A stretch of DNA of 64,000 nucleotides from Paragordius varius. Lineage: Eukaryota; Animalia; Nematomorpha. Location of the stretch: positions 8,804,001 to 8,868,000 of the forward strand of contig OZ176055.1 in NCBI GenBank assembly GCA_964247055.1, written 5' to 3'. The notes beneath the pieces were generated by a model. The model had not been told where the DNA came from, ran no database searches, and was given only the letters and a program-made list of their open reading frames with translations. Positions 11,976 to 24,191 of this stretch are shown here, piece after piece (within the stretch, counting starts at the first letter, position 1; every line of letters starts with the position of its first letter). The position numbers and the translations under genes were made by a program.

Positions 11976-14585
11976 TATAATACAGTAATTAAAATTATGA
12001 CAGGTAAAACGCATAAAAAACATAAAGACAAAACTATTTTATTTAAAAAACCAATTTTTCGATTTTAATATTTTTTCTATATAACCTCTAAGTATTAAAA
12101 ATATGAAAATGATAATAATTTGAATCTTTATTCCTTAATTTGCAGCCAAAAAATTAGCAATTTTTAAATAAATTATGATTTAAAAAAATATGGTTGTCCT
12201 AATTTTTAGGAAAAAATATTTGTCTCCTAATTTTTATACGTTTTAACTTTATAATTTAAATTTATACCATAAAACTATTATTGAATTAGGTTAAATTAAA
12301 AAAATTATTTGTAATAAGTATCAGAGTAAAATTAAACTTACATGTTGAAACATTGTTCAAATCGTTTTCTATGTCCTACCAAAAATTCATGATCAAGTCC
12401 TAAAACAAATATATAAAAATTTTCAAATTAAAGCGATATATAAAAGATTTATTTAAAGAAAAATATGTAATTAAAAACGTAACCGTTCTTGTGGAATCGT
12501 AATAAGAATTAACTTTTTTTCAAAAAAACGCTTTAAAACCAAAGAATGGTTGCAAAAAATAGTTTGAGAGTTTCAAAAAAAAACTCTTGTATATATCTAT
12601 GCTCATTTATTTGGAACATTAAATATGCATTTTTTTATTTTAATAATATAATAATAAAAATTAAATTTCGAGCGATAAGTTTATGTAATTTATTCAGTAA
12701 AAATTGATATTATACGGACAAAAAATAAAAATATAAAGCAAAAATTATTTTTCAAAAGACAAACCATACTATTTTAAACCCTATTTTATCCTATAAAAAT
12801 CATTTAATTACAATTGTAAAATATATACTGTATTGTGATACCAATTTACATCTCTAATATACTTTGTTGACAAAATTCAGATGTATATAAAATAATCAAC
12901 ATTTAATAAAAAGTGTGGTTGTCTTTTAAAAAAAATTTTCTTTATATTTTTACGTTTTCTCCGTAAAATTTCAATTTTTACTGTACGTTTATTTTTGGTA
13001 AATATTAAAAAAATTAGACAACTGTTATCGATTAACGCCACAAACAATAATTTATGGTAAAACATTCAAAAATATGTCATATATAAAATTATCAGTTTTC
13101 GAATCTTAAGTCTTCGTTTTTATATATATGTATGCCAAGAAACTCTAAAAATACTCTTCATGTCACTAAAACCGTAATAAACAATTGTTTTTATCCTAAA
13201 TCCATTATGTAAAAAGTATTGTTGATATATAATTCCATCAATAAAATTATTCTTTTGTCATGTTTTATAGACATCCCATTATATATTTGCAAAAGAACTC
13301 TAATACCGTAATCCCCAAAACGAAAGCAGCTTGGAAAGCATCGAAATTCGTGATTGAATATTATAAAAAATTTAAAACTCTTTAAAAACTTCAATTAATG
13401 CGCCGTACCTTACCGAATAGAGCATATATTTAAGTTGTGTTAATTTAAATAATTTCGAAATTCGAATCGCGTGCCAAAAAATGTTAAATTCATAAGATAA
13501 GGAGTGCCATTCAAATGTTTTATAGCCCATATACTTTTGCAACACCCCACGCCCCATGTAAGACCAAAAAATAGTATATAAATTTAAAAAAACTCAAACC
13601 CATATTTATTTTTAAGTGAAGGAGGGTATCAAAAATATTTATTTTTCAATTTTTCTATAAAGATAAATTTATTAATGATTATGAAAAAAAAGTTTATAAT
13701 CAAAATAAAATTTTTATATAATAAGTTAAACATCAAAAATGATTCTCTATTCCAATTCTCCAAAAATATATCCTAAAAATTAGGATAAAAAGAAAGGGGT
13801 GGTGTTTAAAAAAGTTATGACTTACTGTTATGTAATTTTCGCATAATATAGACGATATGATCATAAAGCAAAACGGCTTCTTGAATACACGGGACCAGGG
13901 GTTGAATACGCAGTTGTCCAGCACTTGTTAAGGAATTGAGACTTTAAAAAAATGTATAATAATATCAAATTTCTGGGAATAATTATTTTCAATACTAAAT
14001 AAATTTACCCTTGAACATTACAAATTCATTCTTGCCATTTCAAATTTACCCTTGAACATTTCAAGTTAACCCTAAACTATATTATAAGCTCTTGCCCTTT
14101 TTTAACTAATAATTGATATGATATTTTTTATAACTTGATTCTATCATTTTTTCTTGTATTAAACTTATATCAAAAAATATGGGTAATTTTCAAAAACGTA
14201 ATTTCTAGTTAGGTATTTAAAATGTTTAAATGTAATTTTAAATGTTCAAGAGTGAATTATTTACAGGGTATTTTGTAATATAATGTTAAGCTCTTTTAAC
14301 TATAGACACTTATACATTATATTCAAGTCACCCTTGAGATCTAAATTTATCACTTCAAACATTAGAAATTAACGCTAAAAAATATATTATGTATTTAAAT
14401 AAAATATCCATTTTAGGCAAAATTTATGATTATTAATGGAAAAAAATAAATGAATGAACAAAATATAGTCTTTTGGAAAAACTAATATTTTATCTCAATT
14501 ATGAGTTGTTTAACCAAAAAAACATACATTTTATTTGGGTGAATTTGAAACGTTCAAGGGTTGAATTTTATTAAAGAGTGAAAAG

Positions 14586-14620
<35 letters not shown>

Positions 14621-15309
14621 AATATCAGATATGATAATTTTAAAAGTATACTTATTTATTTCTAGGGATTGAAAGATGGCAGATTGCAATCGCAATATGT
14701 CTTCGAGATAATCTAGTAAAACTGTTGAAACTTGAAAGTAAGCATCATCATCCCCATAAATTTTATCAAGTTCGGTTTGTGTCAAAATTAAATTGTTGGG
14801 AAAATGTGGATTCTTGCATATTATAAATGTACAAAATTTACCTTGTTATGAAATTCGAGTTTGTTGCTAATCAAAATACAAAAATAATTGATCAATATGC
14901 TAAAATCATCTTTCAAATGACTCCATAACTTGCCCAAATCTTTTATACGCGATTTAAATTTATATGATATTTCCAAAGTCTATAGATAATATATAATGTT
15001 ATTAATTACATTCCGTTGACCATCTCTTAAAAGTTTGTATAAAACGTATAAAAATTTCCAGCATACAATTTGATTTCCTTGTAATGGCATATTTTCCATA
15101 ACAACTTTCCAAAATAATTCACATCCAACCCCGACATAAGATCCGATTATAATGGCTTAAATTTATAGATATGGAGTAAAACCTCTGACATGTTTCTCCT
15201 TTGCTGGACCTTCCTGTAAGCTCAGTCCTTTAAGGATACTGCTAACCTATGTATCGTAATAAAAGTTTTGACTAACTTGATGATCGTAAAATTGTTTTTG
15301 CTTAGACAT
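443..15309 (-). CDS. HIP1: Huntingtin-interacting protein 1 / HIP1R / Sla2 family (ANTH + I/LWEQ talin-like domain), 20 coding exons, about 1083 aa in window, final exon unresolved
   Basis: Exons (minus, GT-AG, phases all compatible): 15277-15309, 15183-15246, 15010-15155, 14842-14979, 14652-14812, 13826-13941, 12342-12399, 11868-11943, 10780-11065, 10120-10229, 9084-9297, 8423-8542, 7612-7697, 7333-7426, 6598-6944, 5624-6080, 4728-4876, 2287-2513, 1570-1757, 443-621. ANTH motifs: K-X9-KEKH (ILKGLSLQEGPAKEKHVR), CWKFLYVLYKLLRDG, EFHNK|NPHFP, TSAGQLRIQPL, GHRKRF, LQYLKNLVAIPQL. I/LWEQ motifs: FYYRGDKWNQGFFSAAKIVG, KFEEIITLAKEV, SAKVK, LTMHQAKMLEMETQ. In-frame TGA just upstream of the ATG at 15309. 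Cannot distinguish HIP1 from HIP1R. Confidence 0.92.
915..1115 (+). mobile_element. Non-autonomous Helitron (about 200 bp) in a HIP1 intron
   Basis: Begins TC(TATATATTTATAAAAATG) after an A; ends with hairpin CTCGCGCTGC-TAC-GCAGCACGAG, a short spacer, then CTAG followed by T. No TSD; A|T insertion is the Helitron signature. Confidence 0.85.
1885..2165. mobile_element. MITE family B, degenerate copy
   Basis: Recognisable arms (AAATATGAAGTTATGCGGGCAAAGCGTAAAA ... AAAAAGTATGGCTGTCTTT); ends approximate. Confidence 0.55.
3145..4444 (+). pseudogene. Disrupted Penelope RT-endonuclease ORF
   Basis: ORFs 3112-3945 and 4070-4444 join into one polyprotein with a single frameshift near 3880 (alternate frame TELSNLKHTFQRNGYSK...IRTVYKPMTK runs into the GIY-YIG ORF). 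Catalytic YxDD reads YVND. Confidence 0.85.
4641..4670 (+). ncRNA. Degenerate hammerhead-ribozyme-like motif at the Penelope 3' end
   Basis: TCGATAAA-GACTTT-ACTATT-AAAGTC-GAAA: perfect 6-bp stem II followed by GAAA. The 5' core differs from CTGATGA at 3 positions; stems I/III not clearly formed. Confidence 0.4.
4912..5216. mobile_element. MITE family A
   Basis: TIRs related to TATACCATTTACAATTCAAATTCACCC...GGGTGAATTTGAATTGTAAATGGTATA with ~21-bp subterminal repeats. Confidence 0.75.
7864..8409. mobile_element. MITE, family A-related variant (longer, different subrepeats)
   Basis: Inverted arms TTCAAGAGTGTCCTTGAAC...AAGTTGGTC / GACCAACTT...GAGGACACTCTTTAAGTGTAAATGGTATA; same terminal AAATGGTATA as family A. 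Confidence 0.75.
9686..9941. mobile_element. MITE family A
   Basis: TATACCATTTAAAGTTCAAATTCAC ... GTGAATTTGAATTTAAAATGGTATA. Confidence 0.85.
10481..10736. mobile_element. MITE family A
   Basis: TATACCATTTGGAATTCAAATTCACCC ... GGGTAAATTTGAACTGTAAATGGTATA. Confidence 0.85.
11134..11433. mobile_element. MITE family B (TA-flanked, CAGT-ended, Tc1/mariner-like ends)
   Basis: TACAGTAAAAATTAAAATTATACGGACAAAACG ... TTTTGTCCGTATAATTTTAATTTTTACTGTA; long TIRs, 300 bp. Confidence 0.9.
11981..12271. mobile_element. MITE family B (diverged)
   Basis: TACAGTAATTAAAATTAT... with internal family-B motifs; right arm degenerate. Confidence 0.7.
12694..12985. mobile_element. MITE family B
   Basis: CAGTAAAAATTGATATTATACGGACAAAA ... 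CCGTAAAATTTCAATTTTTACTGTA. Confidence 0.85.
14000..14570. mobile_element. Two degenerate MITE family A copies (about 14000-14280 and 14325-14570)
   Basis: AAATTTACCCTTGAACAT / TTCAAGAGTGAATT and TTCAAGTCACCCTTGAG / GGGTGAATTTGAAACGTTCAAGGG arms; ends approximate. Confidence 0.6.
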
Positions 15310-18300
15310 TGGATGTAATCAGCATGTTTCAACATTCATACTAATATTCGTGTGCGAGGAGAAAATTTAGGGTGGTAAAAGTATTATGATGCTAATTCAC
15401 CAATCTACTATAATAAATAAAATACGCTAATTTGCAAATTATGTCATCAGTTAATGGATTTCTCATTTATTTGTAAAATTTAACAGACATCGTTTATTTG
15501 AAACAGATAATAACCTTCCCTAAAATTTTCACGTAGTTTTATATCTTAAAGCAATTTAAAATTTAAAAATCTTTAAGAGGATTTTAGGTTGGCCTAATTT
15601 TTAACTATATTAGCTTTTTAGGCAACTTCAAAATAAATGTTTTTTATACCAGAATAATTGTCAAAAATGCTCATCTCAAACTTTTTGCCGACATTTTATC
15701 TATAAATTTTTTTAATCTCTTATGCACAGTTAAATAAGTGTATATTATGGCTTAATAAAACTTCAAGCTTTCAGGCTACATTTTAAGCATGAATGATTTT
15801 AAAATGGACTGCTCGCTTCAATCGCGTTTTGGAGCTGTCCCAATTTTTATCTAACTGTAAATATTATGAAAAAATGTATATAATAGAAAGCAATGTATAT
15901 AATTAAATATTAATAATAAACTATTAAAAAGATCTGTACAACTGCCCCAATATATAAACTAGGACAAGAAAAGTGAAAAGGTGAGGAAGTTCTAGCGATA
16001 TATTTAGATAAATATTTTTATTTGCCATCGAACTTTTGTATATTCGGTAAACTGCATAAAGCCGTACAATATTAAAGTTGGCACATTGCATTTCAATTTT
16101 AACACTTTAATACCTTTTTATTTTCTGTAGAATAGGCGATATTAGGGTAGTTTTGTACACCAGGCCTTAAACTAAATAAGGCCCTTTTGCTTTCGTTGAT
16201 ATTTGAGTATGAAAAATGTTCGCCTGCTTAGGAAAGCTTACATTTTAACCCTTTTTAACTTCCAGAGTTAAAATTGCAGTGATTCGATCCTAAATCGAAA
16301 CCGCATGGAAACAAAACCTCTAAAATTTATGCAGGAACCGCGTCTGTTTTGTTAAAACCACCCGGTATGGTTACTAATCCTCGAAAACCACACCAGTTTC
16401 AGTTACAAAATTTAAAAAACCATTCCGTTTAAAATTATAAGGAAAGTCTATTTAAACTGTTTATGTGGGGTTCCCGCACCTCAAAAACAGGTGACTCCTA
16501 TTTTTTCTTTAAAAAGTTAAATATTTTGTTTAACACTTTATGACCTTTTAGGGGAGTTTAATACCCCAGGGCTATTTAATATATCATAAAATAATATGAA
16601 ATTAAAATTCTCACCTCAATCGCCGCCTTTTCTTTAAGTTTTTTTGAATTGTCAATACAACACGCAAATCTACGTATATTATGGTTAAAAATATAATAGC
16701 ATGGGAAAGCTTACTAATTATAATTTATCAGCAAATTTTTGATATTTTGTGATTAATATAAGCTGTTCGTTTCAAATGTTTTGGTGCTATCTTAATCTGG
16801 TACTCTTTCATAAAAAAATTTATGAATTCTATGTTTTATTTATTATAATAAGAGAAGAGTGTGTAATAGTTGAATTTTAACCAAAGCAGCTTTCAAAACA
16901 GCAGTTTTTTACTTCAAGCTCTGGGGTAGAAAACCCCAATATGTCATCGCGAACAAAAAATAAAAATCTAATGGTTTGTAAATATTACTTTTGCCAAGAA
17001 TAATGTGTAGATATTTTATATTGACAAAATATATTCCAAATAAATAGATGGCGTATCAAAGACATTATATAATATTTCATGCGATTAAATTATTATTTGT
17101 GAGCAAACACTCCTTATTTACGCCTTTAAAATTAAAGATTATATTATAAAACTAAATTATCTGAAAATCAAAATAGACAAGACTTATCAAAACATTCCCA
17201 AGTCAATCTTACACATCCAGTCAACACCACGAGGAGGTGGTTAATAAAATTTTTGTACCTATTATTATACTCATTAATTTAAGTAATATTACAAATTCAT
17301 GAATCATAAATTCATTAGAGCACAAATAAGTTCCTATTCTAGCCGTAATCACAAAATATAATGTGAGGACATATTTTGCACTTTGACGAAGTACAATAAA
17401 ACATACTTTGCCTGTTATTACACCATCGGTGTGGTATATTACACAGTTTCACAAAAAAATATCCTGATGATATATATATATATATATATATGTATATATT
17501 TATCAGGATCATCATGGTGCTTTTGGTTTTAACCTTTACGAGTTATTAGAGAAAGTTAATACCTTTTTGTGGTAAGTGTTCCGTAAAAAATTGCAAAAGG
17601 TGTGCAATAGATTTTTTGGACAATGCTAAAAGCCTTATATAAAAAAGTATCACTAAAATATAACATAAACTACAAATAATAAGCAAAAACAATATTTTTA
17701 AAAATTTTAAATTTTTAGATGTGGGCTCTGATAAGCGTTACACCGTTTCCATCATCTTTCAAAATAGTTATAAGTACGCTTCCACAAAACATCCCAAATT
17801 TGTTTATGCAAAAAAATAAGAAAACTAATAAAAACTAAGGTTTAGGAAATATAATAATTAATATCATACTTCCCACCAAATAAGTATAAAAACACCTAAT
17901 TTTACGAAAAAAGATTATTTCGAATCTTATGCCATATATAATAAATTTTATATTATATTTTAAGGGTGACAATTTTCTATAAAATTTTCCGTTTGATAAC
18001 TATAACAAAAAATAAACTTTCTAATCTGATCAATATTTATTAAAATATCATGAATTAATTTTGTTAATTTTAAATTTTGAGGCACCTCTTTTTGCGGAAG
18101 CCCTGAGTGAAAGAGACATTATCTGAATATTACGGTGGACCGAAGTTTATAGTTTCGCCAATGTGCAAAAGGCTGAATCCTAGTTTGTATAATTTGGGCA
18201 GAAAATAAAACATTAACCAAAGGAAAATAGGCCAATCTTAGTTTTTACCTCAAAATGAACCATTTCTTTACAAATTATGGGGTTATTTTTACGGATAAAA

Positions 18301-20281
18301 TTTTTGAATAAATAAAGGGTAATTAATATATATTCATAAATAATCAATTTTTTTTATTTCAAAAAGCAGTACAAAAGTGGGCGCAGTACAGTCGCAGTTT
18401 TTCTGAAAATCCAACGTAAAACTATAAAAACTGCCATTTATTTCAATAATTTTGGCTAGTTAAATGGCGCAATTCGGAAATTAAATTTTACTTAGATTTC
18501 TTAAAATTTAGTATTTGAAATTTCTTGCCAGTTAATGAAATATTTTAGGTGGCCGCATGTTATACACCCCTACTTTAGAGTTCTGTATAAAAATATTAAT
18601 ATATATGAACAGAAATCGTTGATCTGGAAAAAAAATATAATTAAATATTTCAGTTATTTAGTCATTATTATTAACACTTGGATAAAACACAGTCATTTCA
18701 GTCTTTCGATTCAAATTGGGTCGTTGGATACCCCAGGCCTGTTTAAAACTAAAAATTTAAACAATATTTGAATGAATTGAAACCATGGCTATCTATGCAC
18801 TTGTATAACAGTAATGAACCGAATACTTGATATTACTTAGTATAACCCAAAGGTAGAAATTTAGCCAACATAAGATATGTGCATAAGTTAAATATGTAAT
18901 TTATGCAAAATTTACCACTTTTTCTGTTTCTATTAATGCAAAATGTGATTTAATAAACTTAATTATAGCCTTGGAATCAAATAAACACGATATTTTGCAA
19001 AAATGTTGTGACATAAAAATGGCGTCGAAGTAGTTAGATACGGAATTTTTTTAAACTAAATTTTATTTTAATATTTTGGCTTATTTTTTATTTCGATAGA
19101 TTCATAAATTTAAATTGGTACCGTTAGATACCCCGATTCGAATCGTAATTTTAATACTTTGGGCCTGGAGTTTTGAAATATATGGATCCAATATGAGAAT
19201 ATAAATTTATGGATGGTATAATATATTAAAATCATATTATCCAGTTAGCCATTGTATAAAAATAAATTTCTTGGTGCTCATATTTTATTAGTACATATGT
19301 GATTTTTGTTATCTTAAATCAACCGCATGGCATATTGGTTATGTGTGTCTTTTAAACTAGTAAATTGAAAAAAAATGTATATAAACCGGTAAGGTTATTC
19401 TTTTTTAGTATATATATATATATATATATCATAAATAAATAAAAAATCGAAAATACTGCTTAAATCAATCCTTTATTATGCAAATTAACAATCCTATACC
19501 ATTAAATGTATTTTCACTGTATATAAAATATTATAAATATACATGAGGTGTTATAGAAGCTTAAATAGGGATAACAATAAAAATTTGGCTAAAACAAAAT
19601 TATTTATAATGAGATTTATGTTTAAACTAAAAGATCATAATAACTTCTAATTATGTAGCTCTGAAATCCGATAGAAACAAACGGCTGTGATAAAACATAA
19701 TTGATTGCATATATAATAAAATTTTAATAATTTATTTTTATATGCCAGTATTTGTATCGTAAAAATCTGGTATTATAAGTTTACATGATGCTTTAAATTT
19801 AATATTTTTATAAATAATTAAATATTAACCCCCTAAGAAATTGTCTATATTTAAATTTGGCTGAATTTATAGTTTTAAGATATTCGAATTTGATACTAAT
19901 TTGGGGAATTTACCCAAAAGGAAAAAAGGAGGTGTCATACGAGTACAAAAATTAAAATTAATCATATACTCTTGGTCCTGCAATGAAATGAGTCAAAATT
20001 TTATCCTTGAACTTGGTATAAATTATTTCTTTAACTCCGAAATATATTTTAATTGTCATTCCTGATTATATGATAAATGAAACTCGTAATATTTATTATT
20101 TAAGACTTAAAGTGAGATTCATTCGTTTAATGGATGCCATCTAATTACAATCCCACAAAACTTTATAGAGAGTTACCTGTTTTAAAACTGGAAATAACAT
20201 TAAAAATATGAAAAATTGATGTTTAAAAATTAAATAATATTTGGATATTTTAGAACAAAATATACGTATTTTTATAGAACA

Positions 20282-21690
20282 CTAGCTGGCCCTGTCACAT
20301 TTCGCTGTGACGCAGTCTGACTGATAATTTTTCTTAATATTTGCAATAAATAGAATGGAGATAAAAAATTAATAAAAAACATATTGAATAAAAATAATTT
20401 AAATTATTTACCACAGATTTTTCCATAGGCTTAAATATTTTTTAATTATTAAACCTATTTAAACTGTCCCTTATTTAAGTTAATTTTCAACTGTCATTGG
20501 TATTTTAACATTTTTGTTTAATCATGTTTAAAAGTTTTATTTTGAAATTGTGTTGACACAGCTGGGATCAAGGGATATATAAAAAGTAAATCATTTGTGG
20601 TTCCTTTTTAAAAAGAACAATGATATTATACAAATTTCCCAGAAATGTGTTTAACTGAACTCAAATGGCCTCTTATGTTTTTCAAAAATTAGCAATAAAA
20701 CCACGCCATTTTTATATGGCGTCTCAGTTTTAAACCAGTAGACCCCTACCCATATATCTATATGGAAAAAGCGCTGAGTTAAATTCTTTACTTTTACAGG
20801 GGAAAATTTTGGAATGATCTTTGATATCATCGTCTCACGGGTTATTAAAATAGCTCAACACTAAATAATCATTATATGATGGCGTATTTTAAGGGCATAA
20901 AGGCCCCATAACGGCTAATAAAAATACGCCTGACTTTTTTACCCAGTTACGAGTAATATTTCAAGCTTTTAATAAGCTCATATAGCTCCGAAACAAAGCA
21001 AAATTAACGGCTAAATTTAGACCGTTGACCTATATTTTTGCTTTGTTAAATATTTTGAGTACCTATTGAACTCATATGGTTTGATAAGTTTTACAAAATT
21101 TAGCTCCAAAACAACGCAATTTATATATAGTGGAGCAATTTTTGGTAGATAGCTCCTAACCCAGGGGCACGCATAAAAAAAGCGTTGGGCAAAATTATTG
21201 TCTTTTAACAGGGAATATCTGAAATCCTTATTAAATTTTTACGGTCTCCTACTCTGGGGAAAAAAATAGATTTAAAAAATTATTTTTGTGGTTTTTTGAC
21301 AATAATGGCATTTTACCAGGGGATAAAAAGAGGGCCTAAATTAAAAATGTGAGCCGACTATAAGTAGCGCATTCGAAAATAAGTAAAAAAAATTATATTT
21401 AAAATTGAATGGTCCATTACGTTTTCTGGAAAATTGTCTAAATGAGGCGGATTTTTGTTGACTTGTTTTAAAAAACAGTCTACACGGGGCAGGCCCGAAC
21501 TGGGGGCCTAATTTAAAAAAAAGGCAAAGCTATTGTCGGGGCATTCATTAATAATTATAGTTTTTTGCATTTGGAAATGGATGCCTAAAATACGAAATTC
21601 GTAAAAACTACACTTTTCAACCAAGATTTAGCATTCTATGGATTTCAGAAATGCAATAGGGAATTTTTTTAGCGAGAGACTTTTAAAGAT
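20282..21690 (-). mobile_element. Larger non-autonomous Helitron related to the 915-1115 copy (5' end approximate)
   Basis: Minus-strand 3' end GTCACA-GCGAAA-TGTGAC hairpin then CAGCTAG|T at 20282; 21495-21590 is the reverse complement of TAATGAATGCCCCGACAATAGCTTTGC seen inside the 915-1115 Helitron. Confidence 0.65.
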
Positions 21691-23969
21691 AAATATAGTA
21701 CTGTTTGTTTTACACAATTTTGGTGGATATCATAGATAAACGAAGAAAACTCATAAGATTTCAAACATAAAACTGCCAAAATGTTTACGAACACATATAT
21801 TTGAACAATCCTTTGTTGCAAAAAATATCATTTTTTAGTTAAATTTTGTATTTGGTATACATTTAAATTTTTGGATGGCTTGTGTTGCAGAGTTTTGGTT
21901 AAGATTGGAAATATAATCGTATTAATTTTTTTAATATTATATGAGTCCAAAAATTTAAAAAGTCCTACTTCCACATCGTGGTAGCACCCTGGATAATTAT
22001 TTTGATAAATTTGATGTCATTTTTAAATCTTTTTTTATGTTGTGAGATTAGATTATTCTTTAATTTTATTAAACAAAAGGATTTTATCATGGTGTATTGT
22101 TAAAAAAGTTCTAAATAATTAAAAAAATTTTTATATTATATAGCTTCTAAAATAATTATACCATCTATTTATTAAATTACTTTGATAAACACATATATTT
22201 AATATAATTTAAGTTAACAATATTATGTATTAGCTCTCATAAGTTAACATTACTAAATTGAAACTAGTGAATTTGGTAAAGCTTAAATGTAGAAGATATG
22301 AAAAAACTATGGTGTTTAAATAGTTATTATCAACTGTCAGGGGTTTTTTTAACTTTAAATATAGTAAAATGCACGTTATACTTTTTTCAATTTCCATTTT
22401 TTTTGTTAACAATTAAAAAGACTGTAATTAGAAAGTCTTGATTGATTTAATCCATAATCATTTCAGACCCTTAAAAGCTTCAAAAAAACTTTGCATATGT
22501 TACAGTCCATTCAGTAGTCAACCGGTTTTAGAGTGAAATAAATTATCAGTCAAAATGTAAAACAAAGGCAAATTTTAAAAAATAACCCCACACTATTTTA
22601 AAACTTGATTTTCTTCACATAAACTATTGATATACTGTTTTAAATTATATAATTGTGTGTTAATAATTTAAATCTTAAATATGTATTACGTATGATGATG
22701 AATTGTTTTTAACATTTCAGGGTTTAAAAAGTAGAGTTGTATTTTTAAAAACTTATTTTATATATTGTCATTATAATTTCAATTATTAATGTAAAAACGT
22801 TTTTGACCCCTTAAGCTTAAAACGTAGTTTTTACATTTTTTGATGGTCCGACTTTCAGAGCCTTAAGTTGTGTGGAAAAAATTCTCGATATTATTTTAAT
22901 TTTAAACAGAGGTAAATGAATTTGTTTTGGACAATATTTTAATATTTGTTCATTCAGTATTCTATGTGTATCATGGGCATAACCTAAACTCCAAGAATTC
23001 CCTATATCTTATCATTAATTATACTATAATGAATAAATTTGACAAACTCGATTTGGTATAAAACAACAAGTGATTGCAATCAAACATATTTTCTATATTT
23101 TAACATTAATTTTGTATTTATTTAAATTTATAACAAGGCTGTCCAACACAAATGGTTTCGCTGCATTTTTCAATGAAAAAATTGACGGCGTTATTCGAAA
23201 CAAAAATAAACACAAAGAACCGATCAAACTATAAGAATTTTAATCTAATAAACATTGATGGTTTTAGAATTAATTTAATTCTTTACCGATCAATCAATGG
23301 TGTTGGAGAAAACAAAACCATGTATATAATTTTTCTAAAATTAAGACATAAACACTTAGAAATTATTTTAAAAAGAAGAATTATTTAAGTTTTTAACTTT
23401 ATCAAGATTTTTTTTAATTTTATTTAGTATTTTTTTAGAATGTTTGGCGAGCATCCTAGAATGTCGCGAAGGGGTGTATGAGTTGACACTTCCGATTTCA
23501 ATATCCCATTTTACCATATATATAACCATATCAATATAAAATCTCAAAGGCACAAAAAATGGTGCATTTAAACGTTTCACCATATTCTTAATTAATTTTT
23601 TGTACTTACTTGTGTTTTTATAAAAAATGGTTTATACGGAACTCGTGACCACAAAAAAATTTACAAATAAAACGATATTTTAAAATATCTTAATTAATAT
23701 TAGTCGGCATAAAAATGAATTGCAGTTAAATATCCTAAATCTCTTAATAATATTTAAGAAAATAGCTAAAACGGCTATTTTAAGAGTAAAATAAACTTGT
23801 AAGTCAGAAATTTTATTTCTCAGTTCTTAAAGTCTTTCCAAGTCTCTTTTATAAAATTTCTCGATGCTGCAAAAGTCAAATTTATCATATTTAATCAATA
23901 AAAACCCGAATTATCCAACTAACAAGTAGTTATATTTTTTGGATCGATGTGTTTTAAAATGTTAATATA

Positions 23970-24191
23970 TACAGGGTGCATTTTAAGGGTTGCTTATTTC
24001 ACCTTATAGTTGAGCAATTTAAAACACAGTAGTATATGGAAAAACCATAAAATGTTAAATAACCGATTTTTTCCTTTCTTACATTATTTTGTTTATTTTA
24101 TTCAAATTTTGTTATTATTTACCATAGGCTATTGTGTTGCAAATTGCCCAACTATAGTGTAAAATAAGCAACCATTAAAATGCATACTGTA
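23970..24191. mobile_element. MITE family C (TA-flanked)
   Basis: TACAGGGTGCATTTTAAGGGTTGCTTATTTCACC ... GTAAAATAAGCAACCATTAAAATGCATACTGTA; second copy at 38100-38286. Confidence 0.85.

Noticed and set aside
12877-13065. ORFs with recurring KRQPYF-like peptides (also 2052-2234, 32873-33055, 63677-63946)
   Set aside because: They are chance translations of MITE family B, not a protein family.
13191-13557. Two overlapping minus-strand ORFs in a GC-richer intronic patch
   Set aside because: No homology recognised, and the HIP1 frame closes without them; probably a transposon remnant whose ends I could not define.
13733-13924. ORF-track peptide MLDNCVFNPW...
   Set aside because: Wrong frame; the real exon 13826-13941 encodes LNSLTSAGQLRIQPLVPCIQE (HIP1).
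18080-18215. Possible structured RNA (CTGAGTGA...GAA, AATTTGGG Sm-like site)
   Set aside because: Hammerhead core and stems do not fit, and it does not match any snRNA or tRNA I can recall; would need an Infernal search.
23136-23312. GTCCAACACAAATGG motif shared with about 49897
   Set aside because: Probably another dispersed repeat, but termini could not be defined well enough to annotate.
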